NCBI GenBank assembly: GCA_951406725.2
Contig: OX597817.1
Span: 81,530,001 to 81,594,000, forward strand
DNA from: Octopus vulgaris
Taxonomy: Eukaryota
DNA: 64,000 nucleotides
Direction of reading: 5' to 3'
Numbering within the stretch: the stretch's first letter is position 1; every line of letters begins with the position of its first letter. Of this stretch, positions 13,312-28,938 are shown piece by piece. A program made the translations under genes and the position numbers. Under the pieces are notes generated by a model that made no database searches, was not told the DNA's origin, and saw only the letters and a program-made list of their open reading frames with translations.

Positions 13312-13744
13312 GTGGGCATATAGCATAGTAAATAATGTAAATAATGTACATAATTCCTCATCTCTTAAATATAAATGAGAGGGTAAAAAAGAGTTGCTTC
13401 CACTTGTATGATTTCAGCTGTGGCCAAAATGGGTCAGCCTGTGTACACTTTTCCCATTCTCTAGTCTGCGAATAGGGAAGACCAGGACTTCTAAAATCAT
13501 TTCAGGGTTACCCCCACTTTGTGACCAGTGCTAACAATAGCTAAGAAGCTTGAAATACATTCATCAGTCCACAAGGTGTGCTGTGAAATGGACTGCTTGT
13601 GTTTGAAAACTTGTTGCCTAAAGTGAGAATTTTCTCCATGGTAAACCTCGGTGAAAATGGCCTTTTCACAGGTTAGATATGTCCCAGGCATTTTTAAATT
13701 GATCTAAAACCTTGTATATTCCACAACACTGCTCCATGTATTTG

Positions 13745-13793
<49 letters not shown>

Positions 13794-14350
13794 ATATTAC
13801 AAATTATAAGTAGTGCTTGTGTTGTAAGCATTATTGATACTCCATGTATTTTTTTTGTTTGCTGGTTTGCTGCAGAACAGCATTTTGGGGATGACTCCGT
13901 CATAGCACTGGGTGTTAAAACACCTGAAAGTCATAGACAGGTGAGACAACATGCACCCAGTCCCATTCAGGAGTGATGGATGCTGATATTTCACCATTTT
14001 TGTGGCTTATCAACATCAGATGCCTGAATCGAACCAGGGGTGAACTGAATTGCCAGTCTATGACTTTATACAAATAGTGTAAGAACCATTTGCTGCTATG
14101 CCACTGTGATGCATATGTAAGATTAAATTCAGTTACGAATTATAAGTAGTGCTAATGTTGTAAACATTACTGACCATACTTACTCAATGTATGTGTTTCG
14201 CTTATTCACCACTTTGCTGTGGCAGAGTAGTTTGGAGACAACTCCCCCAAAGTGCTATACTGTAGCAAAGCAATAAACAAACAAAACCCATACACTGAGT
14301 ATATGCAGTTGATAATATGTGTGTGTGTAAATAAATAATATATATATATA

Positions 14351-14722
14351 GTGGAGGCGCAATGGCCCAGTGATTAGGGCAGCGGACTCGCGGTTTTGAT
14401 TCCCAGACCGGGCATTGTGAGTGTTTATTGAGCGAAAACACCTAAAAGCTCCACGAGGCTCCGGCAGGGGGTGGTGGTGATCCCTGCTGTACTCTTTCAC
14501 CACAACTTTCTCTCACTCTTACTTCCTGTTTCTGTTGTACCTGTATTTCAAGGGGCCGGCCTTGTGACTCTCTGTGTCACGCTGAATATCCCCGAGAACT
14601 ACATTAAGGGTGCACGTGTCTGTGGAGTGCTCAGCCACTTACACGTTAATTTCACGAGCAGGCTGTTCCGTTGATTCGGATCAACCGGAACCCTCATCGT
14701 TGTAACCGACGGAGTGCTTCCA
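14351..14722 (+). mobile_element. tRNA-derived SINE sharing its head with 4677-4982 but with a different 3' half
   Basis: GGAGGCGCAATGGCCCAGTG head and the shared GAGCGAAAACACCTAA...GCTCCACG...ACAACTTTCTCTCACTCTT body. Confidence 0.8.
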
Positions 14723-15957
14723 CATATATATATACATACATACATATACATGCATATATGGGTACAGGATGTCACCAACGGTGCAAATAACACACATGAG
14801 AAATAGATACAAGATGGGGACAGTAATTACAAGACAAAAGTGAGTGAAATATGTAAACAACAAGAGAAAAATGGAAAACAGGACAAATTAACACAGAAAA
14901 AGGTTCCTTCATCAGTCGCCAGCTGTCTATCTACTCTTCATTTCGAGCAATCAAATGACGATATGAGTCTTCAAAGACAGTAGCTCACATAAATTCTAAA
15001 ACAATGGAGACATACAAAGAAACTGAATGAAAACAGACATGAAGGGTCATTAGACCAGAATGAAAGGAGTGAATGCTGGGAGAGACATTTTTTTGAAAAG
15101 AGAAAAGATAGAAGAGAGAGAGAAAAAACGTCCAGTTGTTTAGACATCCGAGCAGGAAAAGGAAGATGGTCTTGGAGTGGTTGGCATTAAGAAGGGCATC
15201 CAGCTGTAGTAACCAAGCCAAATCAGACTGGTGCCTTGTACAGCTCTCCAGCTTACCAGTTCTAGTCAAACTGTTTAACCTATGACAACATGGAAAACGG
15301 ACATTAAATGATGGTGATGATGATATGCAGACATCTCCAACGTAAATAGACACCATCATCTGGGTGATTTATTCTCAGAAACAAAGTAATGTCATTTGAT
15401 GCATTCAAATATATAATCGGGTATTTAGTAGAGATGCCTTGTGCTTAAAACATTAAAATGGTTTAATGAGTGGTGTCTGTTTACTTTTGAATAAAAGTGA
15501 CTAAGGGTGCAAGTCAGCACAGAGCATTGCTAGAAATAAGAATCAAAACAACACTTAGCCATGAACAGAACATTTTCTGTTTGACAGAGCACTTTCTAAT
15601 CACTGACAAGGGAGATAGCCTTCCTACATCGAGCAAGGGTGTCATATTGGCATCAGTTATTTTGACTTATTTGAGGAATGCTGGTGCTGACTTGCACCCT
15701 TAGTCACTTTTAGTGACGATTGTATATATGTGTGCGTGTGTGTGTGTGTGTGCACGCAATGGATTCTCTAGTCAAGAGGGTTCAGTAAAATAAAGTGATA
15801 ATCATGTTCTATGGACATCCATGTGTCTCTTGAGGCCTGCTGGTCCCTTGCAAACCTTTTGGTAAATGGAACAAGTTTAAGATTCAGTATATATATATAT
15901 ATATATATGTGCGTGTGTATATATATTTATATAAGAGAACAAAGTATAAGTACGCCG

Positions 15958-16025
<68 letters not shown>

Positions 16026-16637
16026 CAAAATGGGACAAGAACGCAAAACATCCAGACAACTAGGTGATACAAAAAGGGACAACAAAACATCCGGATAGAC
16101 GATACAAAAAAAAACAAGGATGGGTCATTTGAAGCTTTTTATCCTCAGTCAAGAACCGGATAATCCTCGCAATTTCTGCTCATTAATCTTGAGATTGCTC
16201 CAATCTGGCCAGCCCCAAGGAAAAACTAAGCTAAGAGCATTAGATTCTTTGGAAAAAAGCATTGAATGTATACAAAAACAAGGACAGAAAAACAGACGAT
16301 GTTACACGAATATAAATACAAAAATACAATAAAGATAATAATAACAGGATATAACAACAGGTGTCTTTTGACTGGAGACGTATTGAATTCAGCTGGCGTG
16401 TGAGGAAATGAAGCCTTACAGTAGAGATACAAAACTTTCACGAACATAGGGAAGAATATCGATGTAGCAGTGACCACAGTCAAATGCAAAAAGAGGGCTA
16501 GCAGTCTAGCCTCTTGTCCTGTGGTATATGTTTTATCGTATATTAAATTTTTTCTATATGGTATAATTTTGATTTTATCATTGTTATTTCATTGTTGAAT
16601 TGATAAAAGGTGGTCCTTCTCTAATTTATATATATAT

Positions 16638-17750
16638 AAGCAGGGGAGGGTGCACTGAAAGTGTAGCTGCTAGAATAAGAATAGCCTGGGCTAAGTTCAG
16701 AGAGCTCTTACTTCTACTGGTGACAAAGGCCTCTTACTCAGAGTAAAAGGTAGACTTTACGACATATGTGTACGAACAGCCATGCTACATGGCAGTGAAA
16801 CATGGGCTGTGACTGCTGAGGACATGTGTAAGCTCGCAAGGAATGAAGCCAGCATGCTCCGATGGATGTGTAATGTCAGTGTGCATACTCGACAGAGTGT
16901 TAGTGCTTTGAGAGAAAGGTTGGACCTAAGAAGCATCAGATGTGGTGTGCAAGAGAGACGACTGTGCTGGTATGGTCATGTGGCAAGAATGGATGTGGAT
17001 AGCTGTGTGAAAAAGTGCCACACCCTAGCAGTTGAGGGAACCTGTGGAAGAGGTAGACCCAGGAAGACCTGGGATGAGGTGGTGAAGCATGACCTTCAAA
17101 CATTGGGACTCACCGAGGCAATGACTAGTGACTAGGACCTCTGGAAATATGCTATGCTTGAGAAGACTTGGCAAGTGCAAGTGAGACCATAATCTTCTAG
17201 GCTAGAGCAAGTGAGACCATAACCTTGTGGCCTATGCCAGGGGTGTAACCAGTCCACTTATGCGCACCTTTCCTTCACTGGACACTAAACTCTTCTTGCA
17301 AAGACCAGTTGAGGCAAGTGAAATCGAAATCAAACTCGATTGAGAAGACCTGTTGAGGCAAGTGAAATCAAAATCAAACTTGGTGACTGTTATCGGTTGC
17401 TAGAGGAGTGCTAAGAGTACCAAACAAGTGAGATCATTGCCAGAGCAACAAGCTGGCCTTCGTGCCAATGGCACGTTAAAAACACCATTCGAGCATGATC
17501 GTTACCTGCGTCGCCTTACTAGCACTTGTGCTGGTGGCACGTGAAAAAAACATTCGAGCAAGATTGTTGCCAGTGCCGCTGGACTGGCTCCTGTGCAGGT
17601 GGCATATAAAAGGCACCATTTGAGCATGGCTGTTTCCAGTACCACCTAACTGGCCCTCGTGCTGGTGGCATGTAAAAGCACCCACTACACTCTTGGAGTG
17701 GTTGGCATTAGGAAGGGCATCAAGCTGTAGAAACTCTGCTAGATCAGATT
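16638..17750 (+). mobile_element. RTE LINE 3' fragment
   Basis: ORF 16782-17135 is the RTE C-terminus, followed by 3'UTR repeats and GGAAGGGCATC; begins next to a (TA)n run. Confidence 0.9.
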
Positions 17751-18584
17751 GAAAAATATAAGCCTAAACTTAACCTTCCTAACATTCTTATACAAAGAAA
17801 CTCATCTCATTGAAAAATAGAAAAAAATATAAGGCGATTATCTCCCTTATACCGGAAGAAATCCCTGATTACCACTCCCTGCTTGGAACTCTTCTTTGCA
17901 CTACATAACGAAGACATGACACGATGTAGGTAAAGAAATTTGAAAAGTTTACACGAAACTGGTTATTTCTCCAAAAACTATGTTACTATACACAAAATTT
18001 TATAACATTTTTCTAACATAATGACTGAAATATATTCTTTAACCTTATAAAACAAGCCTTCTGTAGTTTTTTTCACTCTTTTCTATTTTTTATACGTCCA
18101 ACCACGTGCTTTCACACACCAACTTTCTCACCTATATACATATATATACATATCTATATATATAAAAATATATATATATATATACAAATTGAGATAGGGG
18201 TTGTAAATGCAACTCCTATCCAATATACTGCTAGTGAAGTATCCAACAAAGTTAATACATAAATGTTAATGATTGCGATGACATCAATTCATTTACTGTA
18301 TTATATGGGCAGAGGTAAAATGATTTACCACAAATTACTAATACAAGATAAGAAAATGGAGAAATACATCTAAATCAAATATCAATTACCAGATAATACT
18401 CAATCACATACTTTATTAAACCACCACATAAGAGACTGTAGGGTTAGATATAAAAAGCAGAACAAATCAGTGTACATAAAGGAATGTACATAAAAAAGTG
18501 TACATAAAAAAGTAATGTTGTATAATAAGTAGAATATATATAAAATAGAATATAAATATAAGTAAATATAAATATAAGTATAGA

Positions 18585-18722
18585 TTACATCTTACAGCTG
18601 TTTCGGCCATGTAGATAAGTATGTCTCATTTTACCAATATTAGCCCTTTATGGTAGGTCAATATATAGATATAAATGAGACATTTACAAAAATATCATAA
18701 GGCCTCTTCGGAGATTATGTAA
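18585..18722 (-). ncRNA. Hammerhead-like motif with long stem II and palindromic stem III
   Basis: Minus strand reads ATCT-CCGAAGA-GGCC...ATGTCTCATTT...AAATGAGACAT...GGCC-GAAA-CAGCTG-TA-AGAT. Core has a U4C change. Confidence 0.65.
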
Positions 18723-19120
18723 TATAAATCAGTCTACATATATACCCACATGGGTGTGGGTGCATACCCATAATACAACATATACATATACATATGAGTG
18801 CATATACTCACACTCTTATACATATAAAAATATACATATACATAATGATATAAGTAAATAATATAAATTAGTAAACATATATGTGTTCTACATCCAATGT
18901 CTCAGTTTTTCGACTCAATATTGTGATAATAAACATACACAAATTAGTACCTAGATGCAAATATACATAGTCAATAGTACATTATATTGCTTCATACTAA
19001 TTTCTAAAGTGTCATTAAAGTTAGCATCATTATCGTTGTCAATATCATTAATGTTATCATTATTATCATTCATAATATTATTAATAACGCTTACATTAGG
19101 ATCCAGAGCAGTATATATTT

Positions 19121-19230
19121 ATGTCCGGGTTCCAGTTGGTAATTTTCCTTATGACATAAATACACTATTGGATTTGAATCCAATAATGCATTTATGTCAT
19201 AAGGAAAATTACTAACTGGAACCCAGACAT
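19121..19230. repeat. Near-perfect 54-bp-arm palindrome
   Basis: Arms ATGTCCGGGTTCCAG...TATTGGATT and AATCCAATA...CTGGAACCCAGACAT; 2-nt spacer and 4 transition mismatches. Confidence 0.9.
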
Positions 19231-20132
19231 ATATAATTTTATCCTGTCTATCCTCATGAGTGAGTCATCACCGTATTGCCTTTAGTGTAAATAAACTGTG
19301 GTGGTGAGCTCCTGGAATGGCCATAAATATATGTGAAAGTGAAATTTGACCTGTGAAGTCTGCTTATTATGAACTTTTGGACATACTTGTGTGAGGGGAG
19401 TAAAAAAATTTTTCAAGCTGTATGTGAATTTGTCCTGTGGAAGTCTGTTTACTTATGAACTTTAGACGTACTTGTATGAGGGAAACAAAAGACTTTTTAC
19501 AAATATTTTTTCAAATATTATTTTAAAAAATTGTTATTTTATTTTTTAAAAATATTTTAATCATCTGATAAAACTTCTTTGGTCGGTGGGCATTTATTTT
19601 ATTTTATTTTTTACCTTTACTTATTTTATATTTGTCTATTAGGTTTTTTGATAGTTTTTGAATATAAGTCGTTTATATTTAACTTTTTGATAGGCCGGCC
19701 ATTCTATTTGTATTTTATCCAATTATATACTTTTACTTTCTTTGATTTTATGTATTTGTATTTGCATTATTTTTTTATGTGTTTGGAAACTATGGTGATT
19801 TTTAAATGATTAAATGTTTGGGGGTGGTGTTGTATGTAAAGTTGTTGACACTAATTTAATGTTTGTTCTATAACCAATGCTTCTTTACATACACATATAT
19901 ATATACATATATATACATATATGTACACATATACATATAGATATATATATACACATATATTTATAAATGTACATATACATATATATATATATATATAGAC
20001 AAACATATATATGTACATATATATATATATATAATTATAATAAATTAGAGACAAAACCACTATTATGCAAATCAAACAAAGAAAGACTTAATCCAATACA
20101 TAAAATAATTTATATAAATTAGATTTAACAAA

Positions 20133-20174
<42 letters not shown>

Positions 20175-20911
20175 AACATACATATATGTATATACATACA
20201 AACATACACACACATATATATTTATAGGGAGAATTCACAAAAAAAAACAAAAGACGAAGATAGGTGGTGTAGACAACAAACAGATGTATCAGTTTAATGC
20301 TCAGGAAGTGAAAACGTCTAACGTTTTGAGCCTACGCTCTTCCACAGAAAGGAACACAGAAAGAAACAAGGAGAGAAAATAAAAAATGTGTAGTGGCTAG
20401 CGATCTATCATGGTGAATGCCGGACAGAGGGGTCAAACAGGAGAGCTAGGAAGAAGGGGAGATAATAAAGTGGTGCTGATCCCAAAACGAGAGCATGCAT
20501 GTGCGTGTGGAAGAGGGCTGGTGACCTTGACGTGTGCGTGCGTGCATGTGTAGGTGTGGGGCTGGGGTGATGTGATGTGGTGTTGTGTGGTATGGTGGTG
20601 TATCATGTGGTCGTGTGTGTTGTGGTGTGGTGGTATTGGGATGTGGGGAGGCGAGAGTGGGGAAAGCATGCTTGGGGTGTGGGTTAGGCTGAGGGTGGGG
20701 TAAAGGTAGGGTATGTGGGAGTGGGTGCAAGGGATGGATACAGATATGTATATACATATATATACAGACACATATATTTTATTTTTTTTATTTATTTTTA
20801 CTTCACCTAGTTTCAGCTGATAGGCTGTGGCCATGCTGGGGCACTGTGATTTATACAAGTATATATATACATATATACAAGTATATATATACATTATATA
20901 TATATATATAC

Positions 20912-20946
<35 letters not shown>

Positions 20947-20973
20947 AAGGGTGAAAAGGAACACACGAGTTGA

Positions 20974-21343
20974 TATATATGAAAAAACAAGTCAAAATAG
21001 AAAATGCTAAAATAATTTTATAGAGAACATTTCAGTACCGGTTTCGGTCATTTTGAGACCTTTTCAACTGTAACAATTAAATTCAGCCTTCTTCTTCTTC
21101 TACCCTACCAAGAATTCACAACGACCTCGAACACACAAGTGCAAACAAGGGAGTCAGAGAAAGGCAGAATGCCACTTATATTTGAACACTACTATACAAA
21201 TATTCCTTTAAAAAAACTTTTCTTCTAATTTTTCTAAATTTAATTATTTAATCATTACAGTTGAAAAGGTCTCAAAATGACCGAAACCGGTACTGAAATG
21301 TTCTCTATAAAATTATTTTAGCATTTTCTATTTTGACTTGTTT

Positions 21344-21354
<11 letters not shown>
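20974..21354. repeat. Perfect ~100-bp inverted repeat (PLE pseudo-LTR-like) with a hammerhead motif in each arm
   Basis: 20974-21073 is the exact reverse complement of 21255-21354; spacer about 180 bp. Confidence 0.9.
21253..21300 (+). ncRNA. Minimal hammerhead motif, U3:A8 core variant (mirror copy on minus strand at about 21030-21073)
   Basis: CATTACAG-TTGAAAA-GGTC-tcaaaat-GACC-GAAA-CCGG-TA-CTGAAATG. Confidence 0.7.
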
Positions 21355-21380
<26 letters not shown>

Positions 21381-21386
21381 TATATA

Positions 21387-23100
21387 GCCTCACCTATAAC
21401 CAGCAAGGCAGTTACAATGGAATACATTGACATTAGCGAAGAAGATGTACTACTAGCCATAGATGAAGTGGACACAAACTCAACTGTTCGTCCTGATGGT
21501 TTCCCAGCAATCCTCCTCAAATCAGGTAAACATGCCCTGGCAAAACCCCTCAAGATTCTCTTCCAGAGCATTCTTACAAATGGCAAACTGTCAAGCAAGC
21601 TGAAGGAGGGAATAATATGCCCAATACATAAAGGGGGAAGTAGAGCAGATGCCAAAAACTATAGGCCTATCTCTCTGACTTCACACATCAGCAAAGTCAT
21701 GGAACGGATAGTCAGAGGGAAACTAATCGCATTCCTTGAAAAAAATAACTTGCTAAGTGATACCCAACATGATTTTCGACCAGGTAGGAGCTGCCTGACC
21801 CAGCTCTTACAACATTATGACTGGGTGTTGAGGCAGTTACTCAACAAATCAAATGTGGATGTAATATACCTTGATTTTGACAAGGTGGATCATGGTATGA
21901 TATGCCACAAACTGCGTGACCTCAACATAGCTGGAAAACTTGGAGTGTGGTTATATGACTTCCTGAAAGATAGGAGTCAGGCAGTAGTGGCTAATGGAGC
22001 CACCTCTATGAACACACAAACAGTGAGCGGTGTTCCACACGGCATTGTCTTGGGACCACTGCTTTTTATAGTGGCCTGCTCAGATATGCCCTCAAATGCC
22101 CGGATAACCACTCTGGCAAGCTATGCAGATGATATGAAAGTCTCACAGAAAATACAGAACCCCAGCGATGTTGCACACCTGCAGCAGGAGTTGGACTCAA
22201 TTTACAGATCGGCTGAGGATAATAATATGCAGTTTAATGCTGAAAAATTCCAGGCGCTGCACTACCAGCATCCAAAACTGAATATTAAACCTACAGGGTA
22301 CAACGGTCCACAGGGAATTTCAGTCCCAGAGCCTAAGTCAGTGACGGACCAGGGTATCGACATGAGTGATGATACCTCTTTCCAAGTGCACATTACCAGG
22401 ATGGTGACAAAGTGCAGACGACTGGCTGGATGTATCCTATGAACATTCAGAACCAGAGGTAAGGAAACCATGATGGTCCTCTAGCGGACATTCGTCCTCA
22501 GCTGCCTGGATTACTGCTCACAGCTATGGTCACCCACCAGTGTGAGATTAACAGCAGACCTTGAAGCAATCCAGCGAAAATTCACAAAGAAGATTGTCTC
22601 TTTGCAACAGCTCAGCTACTGGGAAAGGTTGAAACAGCTAAGACTCTAGTCCTTGGAGAGAAGACGGGAGAGGTATGCAGTAATATATATCTGGAAGATC
22701 CTGAAAGGAATTGTGCCAAATTGAAAGCTATACCAATGCCAGAACGGGAGGACACTGCATAGTGCCAAAGATCCCAGCAATGCCATCACGCTTCAGGACC
22801 AGTTACTGCAACAGCCTGGGTTTCAAGGGCCCACAGCTTTTTAATATTCTTCCAAAGAGTCTGAGGAACTTGCACAAAGTAGATGTAGGGGTTTTTAAAT
22901 CAAAGCTAGACCTCTTCCTGTCGAGAGTCCCAGATGAGCCTACCTCACGGCAAGAGGTACAAATGAGGGTAGCTATATCAAACTCCATTTTTCATCAAGT
23001 GCCACATATTAGAGGAGGTTCCTAGTAATAACAGTGTAGTGCAAAACAGCGGTGCATCAGCATGGCCGCAGCTCCAAGCTGATACGTTAAGAAAAAAAAA
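21387..23100 (+). mobile_element. 5'-truncated CR1-clade LINE (RT pseudogene)
   Basis: YRPISLTS, QH.FRPGRSC, SGVP.G.VLGPLLF and YADD, then LDYCSQLWSP and YWERLK.L.L.SLERRR with stops; A-rich end. Confidence 0.88.
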
Positions 23101-23168
23101 TATATATATATATATAATATATAAAATATATACACAATATATATATATGATATATACACAATATATAT

Positions 23169-23210
<42 letters not shown>

Positions 23211-23287
23211 TATACAATATATATATATATATATAATATATAAAATATATATACAATATATATATATGATATATACACAATATATAT

Positions 23288-23327
<40 letters not shown>

Positions 23328-23402
23328 TATATACAATATATATATATGATATATACATAATATATATACAATATATATATATGATATATACACAATATAT
23401 AT

Positions 23403-23440
<38 letters not shown>

Positions 23441-23634
23441 TATACAATATATATATATGATATATACACAATATATATACACACATATATATATATATAT
23501 ATATAATATATAAAATATATATACAATATATATATATGATATATACACAATATATATACACACATATATATATATATATATAATATATAAAATATATATA
23601 CAATATATATATATGATATATACACAATATATAT

Positions 23635-23680
<46 letters not shown>

Positions 23681-23705
23681 TATGATATATATACAATATA
23701 TACAT
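23100..23705. repeat. Compound (TA)n minisatellite
   Basis: TA runs punctuated by recurring ATAAAATAT, ACAAT, GATAT and ACAC interruptions. Confidence 0.9.
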
Positions 23706-26346
23706 ATCATCATCATCATCCTTTAGCATCCGCTTTCCATGCTAGCATAGGTTGGACGGTTCAACTGGGGTCTGTGAAGCCAGAAGGCTGCATCAGGCCC
23801 AGTTTGATCTGGCAGTGTTTCTACGGCTGGATGCCCTTCCTAACGCCAACCACTCCGTGAGTGTAGTGGGTGCTTTTTACGTGCCACCCGCACAGGTGCC
23901 AGACGGAGCTGGAAAACGGCCACGGACGGATGGTGCTTTTTATATGCCACCGGCACGGGGGGCAGGCGAGGCTGGCAACGGCCATAAACGGATGGTGCTT
24001 TTACATGCCACCGGCACGGGGGCCAGGCGAGGCTGGCAACGGCCACAAACGGATGGTGCTACGTGCCACTGGCACGGGGGCCAGGCGAGGCTGGCAACAG
24101 CCATGAACGGATGGTGCTTTTTACGTGCCACCGGCATGGAGGCCAGTCGGGGCGGTGCTGGCAACGGCCACGATCAGATGGTTCGCTTACTTGTCACCGG
24201 CACTGGTATCACAGCTGCAATTTCCATTGATGTTGATCGACTTCGATTTTGGTTCTGCTTTCTGATATCTGATTTGATTTTGATTTTCACTTGCCTCAAC
24301 GGGTCTTCACAAGTGGAGTTTTGTGTCCCAAGAAGGAAAGGTATGTATAAGTCGACTGGCTACATACCAGGTAGAGGCCACGGGTTATGGTCTCACTAGT
24401 CTTGCCGGGTCTTCTCACGCACAGCATACTTCCATAGGTCTCGGTCTCTAGTCATTTCCTTGGTGAGACCTAAAGTTCGAAGGTCGTGCTTCACCACCTC
24501 GTCCCAGGTTTTCCTGGGTCTACCTCTTCCACAGGTTCCCTCAACTGCTAGGGTGTGGCACTTTTGCAGACAACTATCTTCAGCCATTCTCGTCACATGA
24601 CCATACCAGTGCAAACGTCTCTCTTGCACACCACAACTGATGCTTCTTAGGTCCAACTTTTCTCTCAAGGTACTTACACTCTGTCGATTATGAACACTGA
24701 CATTACACATCCATCGGAGCATACTGGCTTCATTTCTTGCGAGCTTACGCATATCCTCAGCAGTCACAGCCCATGTTTCACTACCATGTAGCATGGCTGT
24801 ACGTACACATGCATCATACAGTCTGCCTTTTACTCTGAGCGAGAGGCCTTTTGTCACCAGCAGGGGTAAGAGTTCTCTAAACTTTGCCCAGGTTATTCTT
24901 ACTCTAGCAGTTACACTTTCAGCACACCCACCCCCGCTACTGACTTGGTCACCTAGGTAGCGGAAGCTATCAACCACTTCTAGTTTTTCTCCCTGGAACG
25001 TGGTAGAAGTTGGTCTCTGCACATTTTCAGTGTTTATTGCTCCTGAGCATCTGCCACAGACAAAAACTATTTTCCTAGTTAGCCTTCCTTTGACATTGCT
25101 GCACCTCTTATGTGTCCATAGCTTACACTTGGTGCACCTTATAGAGTTTCTACCTACACCTTTTTACAGATCGAGCAGGGCCATCTACCTGAAGGCGTTT
25201 GTGATTGGTCTACCTTCCTACTTATTAGGACTTTGGTTTTGGCTAGGTTGATTCTAAGGCCCTTCGATTCTAATCCTTGCTTCCACACCTGAAACTTCTC
25301 CTCCAGTTCTGATAGTGACTCAGCAATTAGAGCAAGGTCATCAGCATAGAGGAGCTCCCAGGGGCATCCTGTCTTGAATTCCTCCGTTTTTGCCTGGAGG
25401 ACTATGATAAATAGGAGGGGACTGAGGACTGAACCTTGGTGGACCCCAACCTCTACCTGGAATTCTTCACTGTACTCGTTGCCAACCCTCACCTTACTAG
25501 CAGCATCTCTGTACATGGCTCGCACAGCTCTCACTAACCATTCATCTATCCCTAGTTTCCTTATTGACCACCAGATAAGGGATCGGGGGACCCTGTCGAA
25601 GGCTTTCTCCATGTCAACAAAAGCCAGATACAGGGGCTGCAGCTGTCTTACCAGTAATATAGCATCAGTAGTACTTTTCCCTGGCACGAACCCAAACTGC
25701 ATCTTATCTAAGCTAACTCTCTCTCTAATTAGTTGGGCTATAACCCCCTCCGTAACCTTCATTACCTGATCCAGCAGCTTGATACCCCTGTAGTTATTTG
25801 TATCTAGGGCGTCACCTTTACCTTTGTAGCAGTTGACTATTATGCTGCTATACCAGTCATTGGGTATGACTCCTTCGTGTATCACCTGGTTAACTATACG
25901 GGTGACTAGGCTATAACCGACACTACCAGATATTTTTAGCATCTCTGCAGTAATTCCTGATGGGCCTGGGGGCTTTCCCTGTTTTCATGCTTGTAATTGC
26001 CTTAACTTCTAAGGAACTGTCAACTCGGATTGCTGGTCCCTCTGTTGGGTCAACATTCGGCAGACTCTCTTCATCCCAGTCATTTTCCTCATTCAGCAAC
26101 CATTCATAGTGGCGTCTCCAAACCTCTCTCTTTGCATCCTCATTTAGCGCAAGTGAACTGTCATCCTTGTGAACACATTTCTCTCCTACCACATCATGAT
26201 TTTCTCTCACACACTGTCTTGCAACACGAAATACCTCAAGTCTTTCATCCTCACGGCACAGAACATTGGCAAATTTTTTCTTATCTGCTTCCCCTCTGGC
26301 TAAATACACATGCTTCCTAGCTTCCCTTCTGGCAGTCTGATACACT
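23706..26346 (-). mobile_element. 5'-truncated RTE LINE with frameshifts
   Basis: ORFs 25923-26498, 25154-25942 (YADD) and 24396-25022; (GAT)n tail; TA arrays on both flanks. Confidence 0.93.
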
Positions 26347-28705
<2,359 letters not shown>

Positions 28706-28879
28706 CTCGAAATACGAGACTAGAAAAACAGCCAACAACTGATGAAGGGTCATTTTTTTATGTTGCTTGTTTTGTTTTCCATTTGTGTATTTCGTTGTTC
28801 GAAAGAATAGTCCATGTTCCACGTACTCGTGCTTCGTAATTCCTTGTTGTACACGTTTCGTGACGTTCGTGTCCACATA

Positions 28880-28938
<59 letters not shown>

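Noticed and set aside
23870-24210. CRISPR-like repeat-spacer array
   Set aside because: The spacers are homologous to each other, the context is a eukaryotic LINE 3'UTR, and no cas genes are present.
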